Part shown: positions 34,225 through 43,100 of the stretch, piece after piece
How positions within the stretch are numbered: position 1 is the stretch's first letter
Layout: each line of letters starts with the position of its first letter
Assembly: GCA_028280715.1 (NCBI GenBank)
Contig: JANQLG010000012.1
Span: 62,211-126,210 of the forward strand
Source of the DNA: Spongiibacteraceae bacterium
GTDB taxonomy: Bacteria > Pseudomonadota > Gammaproteobacteria > Pseudomonadales > Dasaniaceae
Direction: 5' to 3'
Length of the DNA: 64,000 nt
Position numbers and translations under genes: made by a program
Notes under the pieces: generated by a model
Databases searched by the model: none
Seen by the model: the letters and a program-made list of their open reading frames with translations, nothing else
What the model was told of the DNA's origin: nothing

Positions 34225-34980
34225 AGCACCAAAACCTTCCACGACAGACTTCCATAACACTTCAAACTCCATAGTGAACGCCTTGTAGCTGGCCGTTTCA
34301 GATTTTAAACGCGCCTCCTCTATAGCGTCATTAGAATTCCATATGGTGTGACGCTGCTCTTCTTTTTCAGTTATTTCCGCTACTCCGTAAACAAACCCTG
34401 TTCGAACATCAATCAAAGCACCAGAAGTTGTTGAAGAAACGTAGGCTTTTTGGTTGGGAATAAAACCCAGGCTCACCAGTGACAATGGACCAAGCGGCGT
34501 TCCCTCCACATGAAATACCGTTTCAACGGAATAGATCAGCAAAAGATCCGTCTTAAGCCTTGCAGCCGAACGCCTTAGATCTTTCAAAGATGTAAGTTCT
34601 GCGGGCAGCAATAAACGACTCATCGGCGCAATAGCCGAAATCATAGGCAGCCTTGCAAGGCGCGACAAATCCTCATCACTTTCTATATCCCGATTAGTAA
34701 TCACACTATAGCGCCCTGAACCATAACCATGATTGGTCTTAGTGAAATACCCCGACGCCTGAACCCGAATAACCGCAAGCCTGGCCGGAAAACCACTGGC
34801 AGGCTCAACATTCATAAGGTCTGCAATATCCTCATCGGTTAATGCTGTAATATTGACTCCACCAGCAGGCGTTGTGTAGGTAGCCGCACAGCCCTGAAGA
34901 ACTAATAGGAGAATTACAACACCAATACTCTTACTCTTGGCAAACCTGAATACAGATAAATAAATTGCTATACAATTCAT
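34219..34980 (-). CDS. Hypothetical lipoprotein
   Basis: 253-aa ORF with lipobox LVLQGCAA. It overlaps the convergent rtcR end by 6 nt. Confidence 0.5.
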   Translation of the reverse strand: MNCIAIYLSVFRFAKSKSIGVVILLLVLQGCAATYTTPAGGVNITALTDEDIADLMNVEPASGFPARLAVIRVQASGYFTKTNHGYGSGRYSVITNRDIESDEDLSRLARLPMISAIAPMSRLLLPAELTSLKDLRRSAARLKTDLLLIYSVETVFHVEGTPLGPLSLVSLGFIPNQKAYVSSTTSGALIDVRTGFVYGVAEITEKEEQRHTIWNSNDAIEEARLKSETASYKAFTMEFEVLWKSVVEGFGAS

Positions 34981-35061
34981 GACTAACTCCCTGGAATGGT
35001 TAAATATACTGTCAGTCTAGAGTTAGCATGATTTTGGCAATAGCGTCAGTTAAGCCGTAAA

Positions 35062-35991
35062 ATGGTCTTCACAGATAAAAATAATTGTGTTATGGCAAAC
35101 CTATACAGCAAAATTCATCGTTTAAAAGCTCAAGGGTGGACATGGGATAAATTTCTTCAGGAAATTGAAAAACACTACCCAGCCGGGTTAGAAGAAAAAA
35201 CACTTAAAGCTCATTTTAAACAGCCGCACCGAAAAGCGTCTAACCATGTAACCCAAGCTATAGAAACGGTCCACAATATATATTTTCCTTCACCCTTCCC
35301 TGAAGATATTGAAGCTTTAGTGCGAATCTATAATCGATTGTTAAAAAATACCTCTCACGCGCCCACCGATGAAAACATTAATGATCTATCTCTGTTTATA
35401 TCCGGCGAACTAAAACAATCGCGAAACCAAAATTTACTTCGCGATGTTCGTTTACATTGGTTAAAGGCTAATATTTATTTCGACCAGCTACCCAACTTGC
35501 GCCAATCAGGCAACAAGGCATTATTACTGGAAACTAAAAACACCGCTATTAAACACTACTATCTCGCGATAGAATTGATCAACCATCACAACGCTACTCA
35601 AAACCCTCCTAGCGTAAGTGAGTTTGTTTTATATAAACTGCAACAGAATATCTTAGCTTGTCATCTGAACTCAGTAGTGCCAGACAAACGCCTTACAGAT
35701 AAAGCTGTTTTAAACCATTTAAAGGAATCTGATTTTTTCCTACAGAGTAAAACCGTTCTAGAACAGGAACCGTTTCAGTGGGTGGTCGCAAGAAATGGAT
35801 TGCGCTTTAGCTCTATCACTAAAAATAAGGATGATTGCCAGTGGTTCTTTAACGCGCTTATCAAATCCAATAAACATTTTGAAGATTTAAACTATAGTCC
35901 TGTAGGCTATCCAGCAATCATTAACAGCATGGAATTTGATTGGGCTATTGAACATATTTTAAATGATAAAAATAGAATCCAAGACGAGTAA
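35062..35991 (+). CDS. Hypothetical protein (helical, possibly repeat-containing)
   Basis: 309-aa ORF. No family recognised. Confidence 0.45.
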   Translation: MVFTDKNNCVMANLYSKIHRLKAQGWTWDKFLQEIEKHYPAGLEEKTLKAHFKQPHRKASNHVTQAIETVHNIYFPSPFPEDIEALVRIYNRLLKNTSHAPTDENINDLSLFISGELKQSRNQNLLRDVRLHWLKANIYFDQLPNLRQSGNKALLLETKNTAIKHYYLAIELINHHNATQNPPSVSEFVLYKLQQNILACHLNSVVPDKRLTDKAVLNHLKESDFFLQSKTVLEQEPFQWVVARNGLRFSSITKNKDDCQWFFNALIKSNKHFEDLNYSPVGYPAIINSMEFDWAIEHILNDKNRIQDE

Positions 35992-36008
35992 ATATATGGG
36001 AGATAACA

Positions 36009-36194
36009 ATGACATATAAGTTAAAGCGAACACTTTTAGCCCTATCAATCATCGCTTTACTCATATCAGGCTGCTCGACAAGTAATTATCATATTGATTG
36101 TGATATATCCTCAACGCCAGAGAATAATGAACTGTGCTCACCCGCTTCAGAGCAGAAAAAAAATGATGAAGATGATATGGAGAGAATGGATTAA
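36009..36194 (+). CDS. Small acidic lipoprotein
   Basis: 61 aa with lipobox LLISGCST. GGGAGA RBS-like sequence upstream. Confidence 0.45.
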   Translation: MTYKLKRTLLALSIIALLISGCSTSNYHIDCDISSTPENNELCSPASEQKKNDEDDMERMD

Positions 36195-36199
36195 GCAAC

Positions 36200-36868
36200 T
36201 CATATCCAGGTTATACCATCAGGCAAGACATAATCACTGTACTCAACATGCAAGACTCTTCTATATGAAGCATCATTAGACTTACTCGATGCATGCAACA
36301 GATGCGGTCGCATCGCTAAAGCGGAACCGGCTCTTCCTGTAATATGATCTGCCTTATGAGACTGCACATAACGATTAATGCGCTCTTGCGTCATTTTCTC
36401 ATCTTGATGACTACCGGGAATAACCTTTAAACACCCGTTTTCTTTTGTTACCTCATCAAGATGAATTCTAAAGGTCACCATGCGATTAAGTACATCAATG
36501 GTTGGCTGCACATGATGAATACCATCCTTAACACTCCATGGCCCCCAGCCAGTCATTTCAAACTGATCAGATACAGCGATGGTTTTATCCTGATGCCAAG
36601 TTACAAGCCAATTATTGTCAGGGGATTTTATAAAGAGTATTGCTCTAACCAGATTCGGAGTTCCCGACAAATAATAACCCACCTTCTTAAGGACACAATC
36701 CGAATATACTAATTCCTTAACAGACTCGAGTTTCTTTTCAGCATTTCGTAACCCACCCACTCGTCCGGGCTCTATTGCCAATTCATCTAATTCGGATAAA
36801 ACCTTATCTATAGATTTAGCAGTTAGAAAACCATCAATTAATTCAAAACCCACTTCTGAAAAAGACAT
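36200..36868 (-). CDS. Phytanoyl-CoA dioxygenase (PhyH)-family Fe(II)/2-oxoglutarate oxygenase
   Basis: VTWHQDKT (HxD) and a distal His (RPHLLHAS) pattern. Confidence 0.65.
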   Translation of the reverse strand: MSFSEVGFELIDGFLTAKSIDKVLSELDELAIEPGRVGGLRNAEKKLESVKELVYSDCVLKKVGYYLSGTPNLVRAILFIKSPDNNWLVTWHQDKTIAVSDQFEMTGWGPWSVKDGIHHVQPTIDVLNRMVTFRIHLDEVTKENGCLKVIPGSHQDEKMTQERINRYVQSHKADHITGRAGSALAMRPHLLHASSKSNDASYRRVLHVEYSDYVLPDGITWI

Positions 36869-37450
36869 CTATTGATACCTATAATGCCCTGTGATCCGAT
36901 AGCTAAACAACATATCCTCCAATTTAGGGCCTGCACCAATATTATGAACAATCATAGGATTACCTGAATCAGGATGGAATTTATCTGTCACAATACCTAT
37001 GTGTGGCAAATTACCCGGCAACATCCAGGTAACAATATCGCCTGCCTTATAGTCAGAAGACTTTGAAGAAACTGGCAGCGCAACACCCTTTCTTGAAAAA
37101 AATGTTTGTAAATTTGGCACTCTGCGATGATCGATATTTTTATCCGGTTTAGATAAGCCCCAGATTCTTTTTGATGGATATTGATCGAAGCTTTCTGCAA
37201 TATCTTCATGAACTAGTTTTTGAAGATCTATATTGAGCGCCCGATAGCTGCGAATCACAACATCTGTACAGACTCCGATATTCTCTGGCACATCACCACC
37301 AGGATAGCCTATGGAATAATAAGCTCCGTTATATTCAATGTCATATTTAGTACGCTCCAAAGCGGCAAGCACAAGACTATCTTCAAAAGTTTCAGCCTGA
37401 GCTTTGGAAGTCACTATCAATAAAAACAATATTAAACGGACTAAACTCAT
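36869..37450 (-). CDS. DUF1287-family exported protein
   Basis: Signal peptide plus CTDVVIRSYRALNIDLQKLVHEDI, NIDHRRVPNL and GDIVTWMLPGNLPHIGIV, which match my recollection of DUF1287. Confidence 0.6.
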   Translation of the reverse strand: MSLVRLILFLLIVTSKAQAETFEDSLVLAALERTKYDIEYNGAYYSIGYPGGDVPENIGVCTDVVIRSYRALNIDLQKLVHEDIAESFDQYPSKRIWGLSKPDKNIDHRRVPNLQTFFSRKGVALPVSSKSSDYKAGDIVTWMLPGNLPHIGIVTDKFHPDSGNPMIVHNIGAGPKLEDMLFSYRITGHYRYQ

Positions 37451-37521
37451 ATCATTTATTCTTTAAACACGTCTAGTATCAATTCCTTGAAATTAGTAAC
37501 TCAACCGGTCGCATAAGATAA

Positions 37522-37764
37522 CTAATCAATATTGACATCCGTATTTCGGGCCACTATACCCACTGACCTTAATAAAAAGGCAATGCTTTTATAAGGCAGA
37601 TCAATGACCAACTCAATCATGTCATACCATACATCATTACCCCGATGATGCTTGGGCCACAGATAATGAATAAAGAGGTATCCACTAATACAAGCAAAGA
37701 ACACAATCCAGTCAAAGCCATTGACAATCAAATCATAGACTAGATATGAACTGATAAAAAACAA
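37522..37764 (-). CDS. Small membrane protein (hypothetical)
   Basis: 80-aa ORF with two hydrophobic helices. Confidence 0.4.
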   Translation of the reverse strand: MFFISSYLVYDLIVNGFDWIVFFACISGYLFIHYLWPKHHRGNDVWYDMIELVIDLPYKSIAFLLRSVGIVARNTDVNID

Positions 37765-37823
37765 TAAAATTGAAATAATTGCCCTGAATGTATCGATGAT
37801 ATACCTTCCTTATTAGCAGCTAA

Positions 37824-38063
37824 TTATATACTAAACTCCATTCTTAACTGGTCGACTCTATCTGACAGCTCCCCCTGAAGCTCATCACGGTTTAACCTGC
37901 CAATTATATTTCTCAAAACACGTTTTTCATCTTCATCAACCACACCATCGCGTAATGCAATATCGACGATCTTATTTAGCTCATCGACATCCAGCTTACC
38001 ATCATCAGCAAAGCAGTTAATCGAATGAAAGCTCATTTCTAAATAATCGGTGGTATCACTCAT
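37824..38063 (-). CDS. Small acidic helical protein (TerB-like?)
   Basis: 79-aa ORF. The DGKLDVDELNKIVDIALRDGVVDEDEKRVL repeat-like pattern is reminiscent of TerB-type helices. Confidence 0.35.
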   Translation of the reverse strand: MSDTTDYLEMSFHSINCFADDGKLDVDELNKIVDIALRDGVVDEDEKRVLRNIIGRLNRDELQGELSDRVDQLRMEFSI

Positions 38064-38095
38064 TCCTGTATCTCCTTTTTAATCGTTAGATCAGT

Positions 38096-38629
38096 TTATT
38101 CAAAATTAGTAATAAGATATTGCCTTAACTGGTGTTTATTCGGATGTTGATCAAGCCACTCTTTAAAGACATCGAGCTTATCAAAATCATCCGGACTCAA
38201 TTGCTGCCTATAATGCTCTTTTAAATTTTCTTTCTGCTTCTCAATACGAATGTTTCGTTGCCAAGCATCCGTAAAAATGGAAGGCAGTTTAGTGTGATTA
38301 TCCTGCGACTTAAGTAACTGCCACTCACCCTTATCGAGCCATACTTCATCACAATAACTACAGAGTTCAATTTTATTATTAGATTCAGCACCTATTTGAA
38401 ACTTTGTCATCAGGCGGGAACATTTGGGGCATAGTTTGGCTTTACCAACATCTTCAACGACTACGTCGTCTAAGTCTCCTTTATCAACATCAATATTTTG
38501 ATCAATCCAGTAACGGTAATTGATTAATGGTAACAATACACCTTCGCACTTCGGGCAAGCAGCAGCAACCAAACCTTCATCTATAGATACTGGAGCCAAT
38601 CGATAACCCTTACATTGCGTACAATTCAT
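38096..38629 (-). CDS. Double zinc-ribbon protein (TFIIB-type zinc-ribbon-like)
   Basis: Two CxxC...CxxC units (CTQCKG..CPKCEG; CPKCSR..CSYCDE). Confidence 0.5.
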   Translation of the reverse strand: MNCTQCKGYRLAPVSIDEGLVAAACPKCEGVLLPLINYRYWIDQNIDVDKGDLDDVVVEDVGKAKLCPKCSRLMTKFQIGAESNNKIELCSYCDEVWLDKGEWQLLKSQDNHTKLPSIFTDAWQRNIRIEKQKENLKEHYRQQLSPDDFDKLDVFKEWLDQHPNKHQLRQYLITNFE

Positions 38630-38672
38630 AAATAATCCCCTACTCTATTAGTTATTTCCGCACCGATCTAAA

Positions 38673-39515
38673 CTAGGACCGCGGCATACAGCAACGCTTA
38701 TAACGTTTGCCACTACCACAGGGACAGGGTGCTTTTTTTCTGGGCTTGATATCTTCAGCAATGGCCAACACCTCTTGCTGGTAAAATTCTGTTAATGATT
38801 CATACAAATGTGGATGCTTATTTTTTAATAACTGCGGCCTTTCAAAAAAGTACTCCGATGCCACTGCAAAAAACTCTGCACGATTACTAGCACCATAATC
38901 GCGAATATTGCTACGCCTGCTATCAATTTCTTTAATTTTCTTTTCTATCAGATCAAACCAGGGTATCGAAAATCTAAATGCCTGTAGTCTTTCAGGAAAA
39001 CCATCACAGTCGCCATCAGCCATATCCACTAGATGGGCGAATTCATGGATACCAACATTTTTTTTATCCCTACTATTTTCAAACCCTGAATAGAGATGAG
39101 GCCGACTTAGTGCCATTTTGCCAGTCATAGGCCCTGTGCCCACCATACCACTTATGGTTGAATCTGGCTGCCCACACTCAAAGTTTTCATTAAAAACTCC
39201 TGGAAATAGATAGACTGCTCTTAAATTGAAGTAATGCCACTTAGGAAAGCCCCATACAGGAATGATTGCACTGGCAGCCACTAGCAAACAGTCTTCATCA
39301 GACACTTCAATTTGACCTGCCTCTACAGCTGTAGTTTGTAAAAAAAGCAGTGATCGCTGTTGAAAAAGTATTTTATCTTTATCATTTAATGTGCGGTAAA
39401 AAACTACCTTATCATTAAGGAAGTCTGACCAAGACTGTTGCCAAGTTATTACTTGTTTGGATTTATTAAACCCAAACAACTGACGTAACCATTGCTTTAG
39501 CTGACTAAACATCAA
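38673..39515 (-). CDS. MtfA-like (M90) zinc peptidase with C-terminal SEC-C motif
   Basis: GIHEFAHLVD (HExxH) in an MtfA-like context. The C-terminus is CPCGSGKRYKRCC. Confidence 0.65.
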   Translation of the reverse strand: MMFSQLKQWLRQLFGFNKSKQVITWQQSWSDFLNDKVVFYRTLNDKDKILFQQRSLLFLQTTAVEAGQIEVSDEDCLLVAASAIIPVWGFPKWHYFNLRAVYLFPGVFNENFECGQPDSTISGMVGTGPMTGKMALSRPHLYSGFENSRDKKNVGIHEFAHLVDMADGDCDGFPERLQAFRFSIPWFDLIEKKIKEIDSRRSNIRDYGASNRAEFFAVASEYFFERPQLLKNKHPHLYESLTEFYQQEVLAIAEDIKPRKKAPCPCGSGKRYKRCCMPRS

Positions 39516-39545
39516 TCTATTTTTCGTAAATAGTGAAACAAAATA

Positions 39546-40121
39546 TTATAGGCGCCCATAACTTCTCCTTAGCAAAGTGGTCTTGGTGGCAATGGCACCA
39601 CATACCACACCTGCCACCACACCGAATAGATGTGACTCAAAGGACACGCCAGTTTGTATTGGCAAAATCCCATAAATCATTCCGCCATAAAAGAAGATGA
39701 CAAATAGGGCAATGGCAATATTTTTAAAACTGCGATCAAACCAGGCGATAGTAATGGATAAACTCCATAGACCAAATATCCATCCGCTAGCACCAATATG
39801 ACTGGCTTCTCTGCCAAATAACCAGACCAGTATGCCGGTTACTAAGATAATGATCAGACTGCTGATAAGGTAGAAGCTGACCGGCCGCACTAAACAGATA
39901 GCACTAAAAATACTTAAGCCAATGATGTTATTGATTAAGTGCCAATAGCTGCCATGGATAAATGGCGCAGTAATGATGTGGTACCAGTTTTCCGGTGAAC
40001 GAGGAATAATGCCGTATTGATTAAATTGTCCATCCAGTATGATATTGAAAATGTGGATAATACTGATCAACATTACCACACAGGTAATAACTCGTACTCT
40101 TAACCACAAAGAGCTCGTCAT
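39546..40121 (-). CDS. Rhomboid-family intramembrane serine protease
   Basis: Six TM segments, HLINN and GASGWIFGL (catalytic Ser) and a distal His (ESHLFG). Confidence 0.75.
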   Translation of the reverse strand: MTSSLWLRVRVITCVVMLISIIHIFNIILDGQFNQYGIIPRSPENWYHIITAPFIHGSYWHLINNIIGLSIFSAICLVRPVSFYLISSLIIILVTGILVWLFGREASHIGASGWIFGLWSLSITIAWFDRSFKNIAIALFVIFFYGGMIYGILPIQTGVSFESHLFGVVAGVVCGAIATKTTLLRRSYGRL

Positions 40122-43100
40122 TACTCATCTCTCTTAGGTGACTTCTTTGATGACCGTTTTGGAGAGCTTTCTATAACTTGGGCTTCAGCCACGTGGGTTT
40201 CGAGATTACGCAACTGCTCAGAAATATCTTTCATTTTATTATGCGTACGAAGATCAATTTCCAGTTTTTTATCCATACTTCGCACTAAAGGAAAAATACT
40301 ATGCTCAATGGTTTCTGCCAGAACAGTCAGCACTTTATCAATTCCGGGTACAGGTTCATTAACGACTTTTACTGATGGTTTACTCTGCTTAACAACATCT
40401 GCCAGCTTATCGACAACATTCGCTAATTCCTGTGAAGATCTATCACTGCCACTCACTGATGACGTACTTACCTGAGTGGCTACATCTTTTAATTCTTGAA
40501 CACCATTGACCAAATCCACTAACTGGGCAACCACTTTTCCACCCACATCCGCATCATCACCACCCATGGCTTTATTACGCAGAAAATCCTTTTTAATTTG
40601 CTGCCAACGTCGCCCCTCTTCCGCCGTAATATTGCCTCGAAGTTCTACTAATTTGAGCAAATTGTCTTCTGCCCCCGTGGTGAGCAATTGCGCTTCACCC
40701 AAATAATGATCTGCAATCATCTGCATTAATTCTTCTTCATTCATTACTGCAGAAATTTTTTCCGTCATTTTATTCATGTTGCGATAACTGCCCTGTAGTT
40801 TAAAGGCAGGTTCGGTGCGATATTTATCATCCTGCGCTGCTGATGCGATATACTGCTGGTTAATTTTTAGGACGACATCCTGGACAACAAACATTTTTTT
40901 CAGGATTTCGGTGATTTCATTAATTTCTGCACCACTGTATGAATGGCTCAAATCAGTAGTAGCAACATTCGCTCCTTTGGCCATATTAATCAGTTTGTAG
41001 ACATCATCCATTTCACGCACTGCTAGTGGAGCTAATACGGAATTAGAGGTCAGCGCATTCTCGACATAACTCAAAGCAAACTGCTCATCCATGCCACCTA
41101 AAATATCACCCAAGTTATAAATATCGGCACGGTTAGCCAGCATATCCGGTATTTTGAAAGCTTCACCGGATTCGGTATAAGGATTACCGGCCATTACCAC
41201 ACAGAATTTTCGACCGCGCATATCATAGGTTTTGGTGGCACCTTTCCAAACACCTTCAATACGGCGCGTACCATCACACAGCGAAATAAATTTTTGCAGA
41301 AATTCGGGATGGGTATGTTGTATATCGTCTAAATACAACATTACATTGTTACCCATCTCCAGCGCTAAATTTAACTTGCCGAGCTCTTGCCTTGCAGTAG
41401 CATTGGGTGCCTGCTCTGGGTCCAGTGATAAAACATCATGACCTAGGGAAGGGCAATTGATCTTCATAAAGATCAAGCCCAAGCGATTAGCCACATATTC
41501 CATCAAGGTGGTTTTACCGTAGCCTGGCGGAGAGATCATCATCAACAAACCCATGAGGTCGGTACGCTTGTTTTCACCAACAGTGCCCATTTGCTTGGCC
41601 AGATTGTCACCAATTAACGGCAAGTAGGATTCATTGATTAATCGATTACGCACAAAGGAGCTGAGCGGCCTTGGCTTGAATTCTTCTAACCGCAGTTTTT
41701 CTCGCTGTTCTTTTATGGTGTTTTGGCGCAACTCTAAATAATGATGATAGGAAGGCACCACTTCGAAGCGATGTTTTTCCATACGCTGCAAATAAGAATC
41801 CAACGAAAATTGTAGCTGTCGATTTTCTATTGTCGGGTGATCGCCTAATAGCCCTTCTATTGTTAGTTCCAGATCCACCTCGGTTAAACGGCGCTCTAAA
41901 CGTTCATCGGCATTAATGAGAGCCACTGCTTCTGGGATATACCCTTCCATGCCTTCGAGGTTTTTTTCTTTGATTAGTGCATCCAACCAAGCCGTCGATA
42001 AGTTCCAACGCTCTGCTGGCCATCCCATCATTTTATCCAAGGCCATTTGATAACGCCGCCAGGTACTATCATCCATGGAGCGTTTTAATTCCTCGACCAA
42101 ATAGGTGGCATATTTGCTGCCGATAAATTCGACCCTTTCTCGACCCAATTCAGCCACTAAATAATCGGCCGCTCGGCGAATATCCAACTCATTAACAGGA
42201 ATCGGATGCAACTCAACAAAAACAGTCAGCGCCTCGCGCACTTCACTTGCTAATAACTCAATAGCTTCTGAACTAGCAAAAACCGATTGCATTTGGGCGG
42301 CAGACTGTGCTCGTTCTGGCCAAGTGGTGAAAGATAGCGCCTCACGCTCCGCTTCACTGGGTTTGTTTTTGGCTAAATTTTTTATATTGGCCCAGAATAC
42401 TTGTGCCAATCCGCGACTTAATGGATCATAGCGCAACAAGTCAGCACGATCGATAGCAGGTATTAAAGCTTTTAATAACAACACCGCATCGTGATCGTGA
42501 ACACCCTTCTCATATCCCTCTTTATAGCGGGGCGCAGCAAAATCTCTCACTAAGGCGTTAATCAATTCATCATCCAATAAACTCTGCTGTAGTTTATCCG
42601 CCGTCAATTCATTCTGTTGGTGCTTGGCCGCTTCAATGATTAAAGATGCCAGATACTCTGACCGATAGACCTCTGGTGTCTCAGACTCCAGTGACATATC
42701 CCAATAATCACGCATTGCTTGTAAATCGGAGTGAGTAATAGGCTCATAAAAATCGGTACCCGTTAAATGCAAATTTAATGCGCCACTACGAGGGATAATG
42801 GTTAAATCCAGCTCCTGAGTATTAACTGAAAACTTATGGCGAGGCCCTAGTTTTATAATATTACCGCCATCTTCAAAGATATCTGTTTTATCACGCAACG
42901 AACGTAACGCTTGTTCTTTAATTGCTTTAAAGCGAGCCTCAACGTCATCGGCTTTTACCGCGCTATCCAACTCACGCAATTGTTCAATCAGCTCACGAGC
43001 TTTCAGCACTAAAGCGTCGGAGGCAAAATACGTATTTAATTCATCCGCCTCTGTAAATTTAAGCGAGCGTTTTTCTATACTAGCAAGAATACGATCGGCA